Assembly (NCBI GenBank): GCA_004431415.1
Contig: QPMI01000126.1
Coordinates: forward strand, 5,442 to 69,441
Length of the DNA stretch: 64,000 nt
From: Cyanophora paradoxa CCMP329
Lineage: Eukaryota > Plantae > Glaucophyta
Direction of reading: 5' to 3'
Shown here: positions 39,867 through 51,600 of the stretch, in pieces
Numbering within the stretch: position 1 is the stretch's first letter
How the letters are laid out: every line of letters starts with the position of its first letter
Notes under the pieces: generated by a model
The model's database searches: none
What the model was told of the DNA's origin: nothing
Seen by the model: only the letters and a program-made list of their open reading frames with translations
Position numbers and translations under genes: made by a program

Positions 39867-42800
39867 CGCAGCGGTACATCGCCTCGCAGCGCGGGGCGCC
39901 CGTCGGCGACGACCGCGCCCGCGTCCGCCCGCCCGCCCGCCCCGCCCGCGCAGCGCTCGTGCAGGCGCCCGACGCCGGCCGGCAGGTCTCGATCGCGGCG
40001 GGGCGGGCGGCGAAGTTCGAGGCGGCGAACCAGGAGCGCTACTCGTGGCTCGCCGACGAGCGGGACGCGCAGGGGCGGCGCCCCGGCGAGGAGGGCTACG
40101 ACGCCAGCACGCTGCGCGTCCCCGCCGACAAGTTCGCCAAGCTCTCCGACTTCGAGAAGCAGTACTGGACGCGCGCCCCGCCCGCCCCACCGCCGCCGCC
40201 GCGGCCTCACGCGCCGGCGGCAGCATCAAGAAGGACAACTGGGACAAGGTCGTCTTCTTCGTGCGCGGCCGCCCGCCCCGCCCCCGCGCCCCGGCCCCGC
40301 GCCCCGCGCCCGCTCACGCACGCCCTCCGCCCCGCAGAAAAAGGGCAAGTTCTACGGTGCGGGGGCCGGGGCGGGCGTCGGCGCCTGCTGCGCGCCGAGC
40401 GCGGGGGCGCAGAGCTTGTACGAGAAGGACGCGGACGTGGGCCACCGGGAGCTCGACTTGAAGCTGACGGACCGGGTGAACATGCGGATGTGCGGGGTGC
40501 CGGAGAGCACCTTCGAGATGTGGGCCGCCAAGCTCGTCGCCCGCGGCTACAAGGTCGTCCGCGTCGAGCAGATGGAGCGCCTCCGCGACGCCGACCGCCG
40601 CCGCGCCCAGGCCCGGCCCCCGGCTCCCGCCCCCGCCCCGCTCCCGCCGGCTGAGGCGGGGCGGGGGCAGGGCGGCGGGAAGGAGACGAAGGTGTGCCAG
40701 CGGGAGGTGTGCGGGGTGCTGACGGCGGGGACGCTGGTGGAGGAGGCGATGATCGCCTCGCCCGAGGCCGTCTATCTCCTCGCCCTCCGCGAGGCCCAGC
40801 CCGAGGGCCCCGCCGCGGGGCGGCGCTTCGGGGTCTGCGTGGTGGACGCGGCGCGGGGCGAGTTCGCGGTGGGCTCCTTCGAGGACGACGCGGCGCTCTC
40901 GGCGCTGGAGACGCTGCTGCTGCAGCTGCAGCCGCGCGAGCTCGTCTACGAGCGCGCCAACCTCTCCCCGGAGGCCCGCCGCATGCTCCGGCGCCTGCCC
41001 CGGGCCGTCGCCTCGGAGACGCCCCCCGCCAAGGCCCCCGCCGCCTGGTGCCCCGAGGCCGCGCGCGACCGCCTCCGCACCGGCGGCTACTTCGCCGACC
41101 CCGGCGCCACCGCCGACGGTGCGCCAGCCCACCGGCCCCGCGCCCGGCCCGGGGGCGAGGCGGGGCGGGGGCTGCAGAGGCGGAGTGGCCGGAGGCGCTG
41201 CGGGAGGCGATGGGGGAGCCGCTGGCGGGGGCGGCCTTCGCGGGATGCCTCTCGTACCTGCGCGAGGTCCTCCGCGACGAGGCCCTCGTCTCCGCCCGCC
41301 GCTTCCGCCCCTACGACCCCCGCGGCGAGGCCGCCGCCGCCCGCCACCTCGTCCTCGACGGCAAGGTCCGCCCCGCCACCGCCCCGCCGCCCCGCCGCGC
41401 CTTGGGGCGGGCCTCAGGGGCGGCGGGGCAGGCGCTGGCGAACCTGGAGGTGCTGGAGGGCGGGGCCTCCCCCGCCGTCGCCGTTGGCGCCGCCCTCGAC
41501 GCGGGGACGGCGCGCCGCGCGGCGGGGTCCCTGCTGGCGCTGCTGGACCGCACGGCGACGCCCTTCGGGGGCCGCCTGCTGCGCGCGTGGCTGTGCGCGC
41601 CGCTGCGGCGGAGGGAGGAGATCGAGGACCGCCTCGACGCCGTCGAGGACTTGCACGCCCTCGCCCCGCGCCACGGTGCGGCCGCCCCCCCGCCCTGCCG
41701 CCCGCCCCCGCCCGCGCTCACGCCGACTGCACAGGCGAGCTGCGGGCCCTCCTCAAGTCCCTCCCCGACCTGGAGCGCGGCATCGCGCGCGCCCACGCCG
41801 GCGCCCGCCGCTCCACCTACGGCGTCGTGCGCCCCGGCGCCGGCCCCCGCCCCGCCGCGCCCCGCCGGCCTGAGGGGGCGGCAGATGTTCGACAACAGCG
41901 AGGTGAAGCGCCTGTGGGCCTTCCTCGACCTCCTCGCCGCCCTCCGCAAGGCCCTCGTCCGCCCCCGCCGCCCCGCCCCGCCCGCCCCGCCCCGCGGGGC
42001 CGAGCGGGGCGGGGCGGCGCAGGATGTGCCGGCGCTGCTGGCGAAGGAGGCGGCCGGCTTCAAGTCTCGCCGCCTGCGCGCCCTCGCCACCCTCGGCGAC
42101 GCCTTCCCCGACCTCGCCCCGCTGTCCGCGCCCCGCCCGCCCGCCCGCCCCGCCCCGCCGCCCCGGGGCCGACGGCGGGGGGCCGTGGCAGGCTGGAGGA
42201 GGTGGCGCGGGGCTTCGACGTGCAGGGGGCGCGCAAGGAGGGCTCCCCCGGCCTCGTCCCCGAGGCGGGGAGGGTGCCCGAGTACGAGGCGGCGGCGGCC
42301 GAGGTGGCGGCCCTCGAGGGGCGCCTCGAGGAGATCCTGCGCGACGCGCGCCGCCGCCTCAAGTGCCCCGCCCTCGCCTTCCGCACCATCGGCGAGGAGG
42401 AGTACCTGCTCGAGGTCCCCGCGCAGGCCGCCGGCGACCTCCCCAGGTCCTGGTCCGAGGCCTCCTCCACCAAGGCCCGCAACCCGCCCCGCCCCGCCCC
42501 GCCCCGCCCGCCCCGTCTCACGCGCGCGGGGCGCAGGCAGTGAAGCGGTACGAGGCGGCGGAGGTGAAGGCGCTGCTGGGGCCCCTCGCCGAGGCCCGCG
42601 ACCGGCGCGAGGCGGCGCAGGCGGACCTCCTGCGCCTCCTCATGGGCCGCTTCAGCGCCCACTGCGAGGCCTGGCGCGCCGCGGTCGCCGCCCTCGCCGA
42701 GATCGACTGCCTGCTCGCCCTCTCCCTCGCCTCGTTCGGGCTGGAGGGGCCGATGTGCCGGCCGCGGCTGGTGGAGGGCGGCCAGGGGGGCCCCGTGCTG

Positions 42801-43918
42801 CGCCTCAAGGGCAGCCGGCACCCGTGCGTGGTGCCCCCCGCGGGGCAGCCCTTCATCCCCAACGACATCGCCCTCGGCGGCGACGGCGCCCCGCCCGTCG
42901 CCCTCGTCACGGGGCCCAACATGGGCGGCAAGGCCCGCCGCCCCCCCGCGCTGCCCCGCGGGGCGGGGCTGACGTGGCGGGGCGCAGTCGACGCTGCTGC
43001 GGCAGGCGTGCGTGGCGGTGGTCATGGCGCAGGTCGGCTGCTTCGTCCCCGCGGAGGAGTGCCTCCTCTCCCCCGTCGACCGCCTCTTCACGCGCATCGG
43101 CGCCGCCGACCGCATCCTCGCCGGCGAGTCCACCTTCGCCGTCGAGCTCCACGAGGCCCGCCCCGCCCGCCCCGCCCGCCCCGCCCCGGGCGAGGCGGCG
43201 GGGCGCAGACGGCGGGGGTGCTGCGGCACGCGACGCAGGACAGCCTGGTGATCCTCGACGAGCTGGGGCGGGGCACGTTGACCTTCGACGGCGTCTCCAT
43301 CGCCCACGCCGTCCTCCACACCCTCGCCGCCTCCACCCGCTGCCGCACCCTCTTCTCCACCCACTACCACATGCTCACCGACTGGTCGGTTTCGGCCCGC
43401 CCCTTCGCCGCCCGCCCCGCCCCCGTGCGAGGGGCGCGCAGGGTCTCGGCCCCGGGCTCCGAGGGGGCCGTCGGCCTCTACCACATGCAGAGCCTCGTCG
43501 AAGACTCGCAGTGCGCGGCGCCCTCGCCCCGCCCCGCCCCGCCCCGCCCCGCCCCGCAAGGGCCTGAGCCGCCGGCGGGGCAGGCGGCGGGTGACGTTCC
43601 TGTACAAGTTCGCGGCGGGGGTGTGCCCGCGCTCGTACGGCCTCAACGTGGCGGCCCTCGCGCGCCTGCCCGAGGCCGTCTTGGCCCGCGCCGCCGCCCT
43701 CGGCGCCTCCTTCGAGAGCGAGACCTTCGAGCGCCGCAAGCGGTGCCGCCCCGCCCCGCCGCCCCGCCCCCGGGCCCGCGCCGGCCCGGTCTGAAGCCGC
43801 GGGACGGCAGGGCGCGGGAGGCGGCGCTGGACGAGGGCCTCGAGCGCTGCAAGCGCGCCCTCCGCGCCGCCGCCGCCGGCGACGCCCCCGCCCTCCGCGC
43901 CGCCCTCGCCCGCCCTGA
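39867..43918 (+). pseudogene. MSH6: 5'-truncated duplicate of MSH6 (lacks the N-terminal PIP-box/acidic region)
   Basis: Same exon/intron series as copy 1 from RYIASQRG to the stop. No native start exon. Confidence 0.8.
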
Positions 43919-43985
43919 CCCGCCCCGCCCCGCCCATCCCTCCGGTTCGGGCGTGCAATCGCAGCAGAGAGCGAGAGGGCGGGGG

Positions 43986-46160
43986 TCAGCGGGGCGCCGG
44001 GGCTGGCGGGGCGGGGGGCGGTAGAGGACGGAGCCCGGGGCGGGCGGGGGCGCGGGGCGGCCGGCGAAGAAGGGGTGGGCGAGGGCCTGGGCCGCCGTGA
44101 TGCGCCGCGCGGGGTCCAACGCCAGCATCCGCTGCACCAGCTGCCCGCCGCCCGCCCCGCGCCTCGGCCAGGGCCCGGCCGGCCAGGGCGGGGCGCGGGG
44201 CGGACCTGGTTGACGCCCGGGAGTAGCGGCCCGGGGCGAGGGCGGGGCGGCGGGCCCGTGGGGCACGGAGGGGAAGGGCTCGGCGGGCCCGCCCTGCGGG
44301 TTGTACGGGCGGAAGACCTCCGCCAGCGAGATCGGCGCCACCGCCTGCCGCCCCGCCCCGCCTGAGGCGCACCGCCGGGGAGCGGGGCGGGCGGGGCGGG
44401 GCGGGCCTGGAGGGAGGGGGCGACGGGGAGGTCGAGCCAGGGGACGTCCTCGCGGCGCGGGAAGCCGAGCACCTGCCGCCCGCCCTCGCGCGGGGCCCGC
44501 CGCCCGCAGCGCCGCGCAGGGCCGGCGCGCACGGCGGTCATCTTGAAGAGCTGGTCCGCCGCGTCCCGCCCTGCCCCGCCCACGCCGCAGCGTCAGCCCG
44601 GCTGGCGCCCGGGGGCGCGAGGGGCGGGGCGGGGCGGGGCGGGCGGGGCACCAGGGAAGAGCGGGTGGCGGAGGATGAGCTCCGCGAAGACGCAGCCGAG
44701 GGACCACATGTCCTGGCGAGTGGCCCCCGTGAGGCCGGAAAGGCGCCGGCGGGGCGGGGCCGGGCCGGGCCGGGGGGCGCACGACGGCCGGCCCGTACTC
44801 CTTCGCCCCGAACATCAGCTCCGGCGCCCTGCGCCCGCCCCGTCGGCGGGGCCAAGCGGGGCGGCGGGGCGGGCCGGGCCGGTAGAAGCGGGAGCCGATG
44901 TAGGGGACGTTGACCCCCGCCGGGTCCTCCGCCCCCTTCGCACACCCGAAGTCCGCCAGGCACGCCCGCTCCGTCCTGCCGCCCCCGGCCCCGCGCGCTC
45001 CAGGCCGTCCCGCACCGCCGGCGCCCCGAAGCCGGAGGCGCACGTCGGGTCGATGAGGATGTTGGCCGGCTGCGCGGCGGGGTCGGCAGGAGGCGGGCGG
45101 TGCAGGCGCGGGGGCGGGGCGGGGCGGGCGGGCGGGCCTTGATGTCGCGGTGGACGATGCCGCGCGAGTGAATGAAGGCCGTCGCCTCGAGCAGCTGCCG
45201 CATGATCCGCTTCACCACCGTCAGCGGGATGTGCTCCCGCCGGTCCACGTAGTCTGCGCCCCGCGCCCTCACCCCCGCTCTCGCACCCGCCCCCGCCCCG
45301 CCCCCCTGCCGCCCGCGGCGCACGCAGGGCTAGGAGCTGGCGGGGGGAGGGGGCACGGGGGGCGCGCCTTGGATGAAGGATTCCATGTCGAGGGGGATGA
45401 ACTCGAAGACGAAGTTCTGCGCATGTGCGCGCGGGCCGGGCGGGGCTCAGTCGGGGGCGGGGCGAGCGGGCGGGGCGGGGGCGGGGCGGGCCTGCATGAT
45501 GGAGCGGTCGCCGTCGGCGACGGTGTAGAAGGCGTCCAGCAGCTGGATCACGTTCGGGTGCCCCGCCACCCGCCCCAGCACCTTCATCTCCCGGCTCGCC
45601 AGCTCGCCCCACTTCTGCTCAGCGTACAGAGCGCCGTACGCCATAATTAGCTCGCGTCTAGACGCTATCGAGCCATCTGCAGGCCTACGCCCGCCCGCGC
45701 TGCGCGAGAGCGCACCGGGACGCGCTTGAGGGCGACCTTTCTGCCATTCTCATCGTAAGCCTGAAAGCGCGAGAAATGCGTGAGTGACGCAAAAGCTCCA
45801 TCGACGAGAGGCGCCAGCTAGCAGCAAGCAGCGCGTGTGGAACCGGAGCGAACGCGGAGAGAACAAGGATAAATGCGCGGCCGCAGCTGCGCAGTGCGGA
45901 AGGAACGAGAAACGCGCGTACCTCGAACACCGACCCAAAGGTGCTGCGAAAGGAGCATGAGCGAGCCGCGCGCAGCAGCAAAATGAGGACGCGGCGAGCT
46001 GGCGCGCGCACCCGCTTCCCAGCAGCTTGGTGATGCGATAATTGCTCGGGGCGCGCGCTGCTAGCGACCCGAGATCGCAGGGCGCCGCGGTCGGCCGCTG
46101 GATGCCGTCCTTCGTTCGCATCGAGAGAATTAGCTCGGGTACCCCGTTAGCGGCTTGCAT
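43986..46160 (-). CDS. GSK3/shaggy-like CMGC kinase, ~14 exons (start codon uncertain)
   Basis: [105 protein letters not shown] and [13 protein letters not shown]. The stop was inferred from the duplicated 3' end near 37846. Confidence 0.85.
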
Positions 46161-46365
46161 TGCCTTGCAATGCCTTGCATTGCTGTCCTGCAACTCTAGA
46201 CGTAGCAGGCAGCAGGCGCCAGTTCGAGTTCGAGCCGGCGTAGCAGGCAGCAGGCATCAGGGCTCCCAACGTCCAGAGAGCGGCCGCGCTCGCGCGCACC
46301 TCGACGCCGGCGCCGAATCGTCGTCCTGCGGCAGCGCGCCGCTTTTCTAGAGCTCTTTGAGCGGG

Positions 46366-47412
46366 ATGAGCGCATCGGCGCGGGCGCGCCGCGCCGTCCT
46401 GGCGCGCGTGCTGTCGGCCGGCCGAATAGCTAGCTTGCGGGCGGCCGCAGCGAGGCCTGCAGCGGCCTCCTTGCGGCTACAGCTCAGAGCGGTGCATTCG
46501 GCGAGCGTGCAGGGACAAGCGCACGAGCGGGCAGCTTCGAGCGCACCGCGCGCATGCACAGAGGCGGAGGCCGCGGGCGACGACCTGCGGAAGCTTATGC
46601 GGCGCGTACCAGCTCCGATAGCGATTGTCACGGCCGCCAACTCGCGCGGGGACATGCGAGGTGCGCCCTGCTCGAGCTGAGCGGGAGCCGGTAGCGCTAG
46701 GGCGGCCGCGGCTGACGTGACGGGCCCAGGGATCATCGCGTCGAGCTTCCAGAGCGTGTCGCTGCACCCGCCGCTGGTCACCTTCAACCTCATGGCCCAC
46801 AACAGGTTCGCCGCCCGCTGCCCGCCGGCCGCGGCCCGCGGCGGCGGCTGATGCCGGCGCGCGGCGGCAGCATGCACGCGTTCCTGGACGGGGGCGGCGC
46901 GGCGGGCTTCTCGGTGAGCCTCCTCGGGGAGGAGGCGCGCGAGGCTGCCGAGCGCTTCGCCAACTGGCGCGCCTTCGCCGCCTCCCTCGCCCCGGGGGAT
47001 CCCGCCGCCGCTGCCCGCCACCCCGGCACGGCGGCGCAGCTGCGGGGCCTGCCGCACCGGATCGAGGCGCTGACGGGGGCCCCGGTGCTGACCTCCGGGG
47101 TGCTGGGAGCGGTGCACTGCCGGACGCACTCGATCATCCCCGTCGGCGATCACGTCCTCGTCGTCGGGTGCCCGCCCCCGCCCCGCCACCCCCGCCCCGC
47201 CCTGACCGCCCGGCCGGCCTGGCAGGGCCGTGTTGCGGGCGGAAGTGCCGCAGGGGGCCGTATCGGCCCCCTGCAGTCCCCTCGTGTGGTGCGGCGGCTC
47301 CTACCGCCACCTCGGCGCCCGCCTCGCGATCGGCGAGCGGCGGGCCCAGCCGGCACCGGCCGCACCCGCAGCAGCCACCCCCCCACCCGGCGACGTCGCT
47401 GGTAGCTGCTAG
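46366..47412 (+). CDS. Flavin reductase-like (FMN-binding split barrel) protein with N-terminal targeting peptide, 4 exons
   Basis: LRKLMRRVPAPIAIVTA, GIIASSFQSVSLHPPLVTFNL, FSVSLL, A.RFA, GDHVLVVG and PLVWCGGSYR. Confidence 0.85.
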
Positions 47413-47419
47413 CCCGTTT

Positions 47420-48160
47420 GCGCTGCCACCACGCTCCTCTCTGTCCGTCGGTATCCAGAGTTTTGCAGTCTCGCCCTTCCTTTCATTCGGTCCAAATTGC
47501 AGTGCCCCGGAGACCCTTGAAGGCTTAATTAGGTTTCCTTCCGCAGCCGCTGCCGCAGTGCCCCTGGGCCCCGCGTCCAGGCCCGTAAGCCTGAAGCCCG
47601 CTAGCAGGACTACTACCGTAGTTCTTCAACTTCATCATGGTCCGACGGTCATGGCATGATCAAGGCTTCAAGGCCTCGCGACCGGATTCATGATCACTGA
47701 CTCAGTGATCATGATCATCGGATAGGACTCCAAGGCCTAGCCCCGGCGGCCGGGCCCTAGCTAAAGGCCTACTAGGGGCCTAGCCGCTGAGCAGCCTAGA
47801 AGGGGGCATGCTTCGAGTCGTGGCCCGGCGTTGCAACCACTTGCAATTGAATCCGGAAGCAGGCTGCCGCGGCCGCAGTGCCGCAGTGCAGCTGGCCAAG
47901 GAAGCAGGCCTAGGCCTCAGGGCCTCTCAGCCTCAGGGCCTGGCCATGGCACAGTCTTGGCACATATATGCACCGGTACCGTGGCACTGCGGCACCGTGC
48001 ACGTGACGCTGATCATGAATTCGAAACTTGAAACTCAAGACTCTGAAACACTGAGGCAACTGTTTTCAAACTTCGAATTCAAGGCTTGGCTTTCGAATTT
48101 CAGGTTTCAAGTTTTACGTTTCATTCGAATGTGGCCGCCGGGGATCGCAGCGAGCGCCCT
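47420..48160. repeat. Non-coding tract built from chained short palindromes and local duplications
   Basis: Examples: tcatgatcactga-c-tcagtgatcatga (47688-47714), aggcctaggcct, tgatcatgaattcgaaa, caccggtaccg and gcagtgccgcagtgca. Confidence 0.75.
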
Positions 48161-48699
48161 GCCAGGCTGTCACAAAAATCATATGCATTGATCTGTTTTA
48201 GGAGGTTTTATACGTCCCAGTAGACCTTAGCAACCTTCCCGTAGCGTACCAGCAGCAGGCGAGCAGGCTGTCACGTTGCAAGAGAAAGCTGCTAATCACA
48301 GACTACTGTGTACCCTAGGACACGGCTACCGGAAAGTATCAAGCTAGAGTCAGAAAAAGTAGCTAGGGTCGCATCTTCGTACAGGGGTACAGTGACTCAG
48401 GAAATCGCGAGAAGCCGCGGGTCAAGTCACGGTACTACTGCGAACGAAGTGCAAACGAAGCACTAACGGCTAGGAAACCCTATCGGCAACAGCTCTCCAG
48501 GTCCTCACAGACGCTTCCACGCGGCTGGATCAGAAGAGATGTAGAGCTGCGCATTTGGTTGAGGGCAAACCAGGCAGCAGTGATCAGCCGCTGACCCAGC
48601 GCCAAGAGAGAATTCCCGAAACTCGCAAGCCACATCCCAGTGAAGGGCACGTCATCGACAACGGAAGTGAATCCGGTAAACCGCAGTACGGGCTGTGAT

Positions 48700-51600
48700 T
48701 CAAGACTCGTCATCCGTCGTGTCATCATCGGAAAGTGAATCGGGATCAACGGCAGGTGGCGGAGGCACGGGGACCTCATGATCGGGCGGCACAGGCACGG
48801 GGGCCTTGCGAGGGCGACCGGCTTTGCGGGGAGCGAGAACATTGGCAGGACGCTCGTGAAAAGCGATCATGAGATCAACGTGCATGAGAACCTCGCGCGA
48901 GCGATACACCAGTGAAGTGTCATCGCCTCGGACAGTGTACAAAAGACCGTGAGAGTGAACCTCAGTGACAGTGTAAGGGCCAGTCCAACCATTGCGAGGC
49001 CCAGTGCGCTTGACGTTACTGGTCTTCGCGCTGATAATCCAGCACAACACTTTGTCACCAGGCTTGAAAACACGATGCGGCTCACGGCCAGTGCCATAGC
49101 GAAGCAACTTCTTGTTGTAAAGTTTGCGGTGTTCTCGGACGGCAGAGATTTGGTCGCGGGCGGCTCGAGCGACCGACAAAGCGTAATCGTAGAGAGAAAC
49201 GGGATCTTCGTGAGGTTCGCGCAGGTGAGGTCGAGACGAAGATCGCCAGGCAACATCAATTCTCGTCCAAAGTGCAGAGCGGCGGGTGAAAAACCAGTGG
49301 CAGCGTGAATCGTGGTCCGGAGAGCGAAGAGCACGCGATAATGATAGAAAGGCCAATGGGAATTGTCCTCCCCGTTCTCATCGCAAAGAGCATACACCAA
49401 GCGCTTGTAAATGCCACCAAGCCGCTCAGCACCGCCGTTCGTGGACTGGTGGACGTGGAGCGTAAATCAACCGAGTACCCTGGCGAGTCCAGAATTTGCC
49501 CCAGAGACTAGTAGGCGTGAAGACCTTAGCGTTATCCGTGAGATACCGCTTGCAAGGGCCGTGATTCGCGTACACAGTTTGTGCAGCCACTCACAGGCAC
49601 GACCATCAGCCTCCGTCAGCATCAAAATCTCAGGGTACTTGGTAAAAGCGTCGACGTCAATGTGCACAAGTGTGAAACGGTGAAGTCGACCGTTCTCAGA
49701 GGGCGCCATAGGGAAGTGATCGGCTTGACGCAAGTCGCCAGGATGCTCAGACTCGATCACAGTGAATTGTGACTTCGGCTTCTTGTGAGCCTTGGCAAAC
49801 TGACAGTGTCGGCACGTCTTCACGTAGCGATGGACAGCAGTCGTCATGCCCGGCCACCAAAACCGTGAGGCGATGCGCCGAGCAACAATGGGGCACCACG
49901 GTGAGCCAGTCATCGTGGTAAGCGTGAACAATCTTCTCCCGCCACTCTGGGGTACAACGATCTGAGGCCGCATAGTGGGGAGCAAGGGCAACCGCAGTAC
50001 GGTATCTTGCTCATCGATCGTGTACTGAGTAGCTTCACGAGCGAAGCGATCGCGTGCAGACTTGCAGAGAATGCAGCTCCCAAGCACCTCCGGGTCACGT
50101 TCACCAGCAGTGTAGTGGGAGTGACAGCGCGCCAGGTTCTCCTTCTCGCGAAGAAGTGCGAACACCATCTGGCAAAGAGGGTCACGAGCCTGAGCCATGA
50201 TGACCGCGGTCCCATCGGAAACAAGTTCACGGATCGTCGGTGGCGGAGGAACGTCAACGAGGGGCGGGGGCCCTCGCTCCAGGTGTCCATGACAACGGTG
50301 CCACGCGGCAAGCGAACGTGTGTCGGCTCATTCTGGCGCCTTCACCTTCGTCCAGCGGGGCGATAGCGCTGCTAGAAGTAGGATCAGGTCGCGGACGACC
50401 GAGGTCACGTTCTTGCTGCAGGAAGTGCATGTACTCTTCCTCGTCAGCAACGTCGAGATGCGACGGGGCGCAATGGCATATCGAGACTGCCGTGAATTCT
50501 TGCCCTTGGGAGGCTTCACCCGCGTACGGGCATGCCTTGGCGTTCAGCGCCTTGCGGGATTGTCGCCGTCTGCGCCGCTCCTCCGGGGTTCGGTTCCGAA
50601 CAGAGGCAGGGGTACGAGCGCGTCGATCTCAGACGGGGTACGGCCCATCTCTGCCAGTTGGCGTCGCCGTTCGAGCGTCGTCGCCGTCCTCTCCCGCGAG
50701 GCTTCGTGCAGATCTCGGGCCGCACGCGAACGTCTGTCGCGATCACTGGCGAGGCGGTCAGCGTAGTCCTTTTCAAGCCGTCGCTGGTATTGGCGCGGAC
50801 ACTCCAAGCCGTGCTCCGTCTTGAGTTCGACGTTCCGTCGGACGCCGAGGACTGCGAAGATTGGCCGTCATCCGTGAGGGCCCGGCGTCGTGCCCGTTCC
50901 ACAGAGTCGCGTAGCGTGCGGTCAGCTGCTTGACGATCGAAGCCTCGCAAAGATGGACGGGGTAGCGACGGCTCGCTCTCCTCGTCTGTACCCCTCCCCC
51001 TCCTTCCGGTGACTGAGACCGAGGCCTCCGGGCCGAGCTCTCCGTCCTCGAGCTTGAAGCCCGTCAGCGGAGCTCTCCTGTCCTCGAACTTGAAGTCGGC
51101 GGCGGCGACCCTCGCCGGTAGCCAGGCCGCGCCGTCGAGTGTATGCTCGAGGTTCGTCACCCCGCGGCGTCGCCGTGCAGGAGGGGCCGTCGCGCCCGCC
51201 TCGTCTGCCGCTGCGGCCGGTGCAGGCGTGTCAACTTCCATGGGTACGACGTCGGGGGCAGAGAGGGCGCCGTTCTCGTGGAGCCGTTCCAGCGTGATCT
51301 GGGACTCCACGTCTTCCAGGCCGCCGTTCTCGACGATGTCACGCACTCGCTGAGTGTCGGGCGTCAACGACCTTGGACGTCGCCGTGAAGTCTGAGGGTC
51401 GTCGCGGTCTCGGCGCGGTGGCGCCGGGCAAGGTGCTCGGGTCGCGTGGTGGCGCGGCGTCTATCCCAGTAGGATCCACGCCGGCCCGTCCAGAGTATGT
51501 TGCAGGGCCGAGGAGGTGCGGTGGATGGCGACGCGGTAGAGTTCGCGTGGATCGTCGTAGTCTCCCGCATCGGCACACCGAACCCGTGAGCGCCGTCTGG

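Larger units (their letters stand above)
33721..44039. repeat. Direct segmental duplication: 33721-37901 ~ 39867-44039 (~4.18 kb each), separated by ~2 kb of unrelated DNA
   Basis: Both copies start at cgcagcggtacatc and end at ggacggagcccggg, and are near-identical with scattered substitutions. Confidence 0.95.

Noticed and set aside
48168-48700. Defined 3' LTR, polypurine tract or chromodomain
   Set aside because: There is no partner LTR in the window, no convincing PPT next to a CA end, and no chromodomain residues after the integrase.
50330-50520. PHD finger in the pol linker (CTSC...)
   Set aside because: The Cys/His spacing is incomplete and the motif is probably in an off frame.
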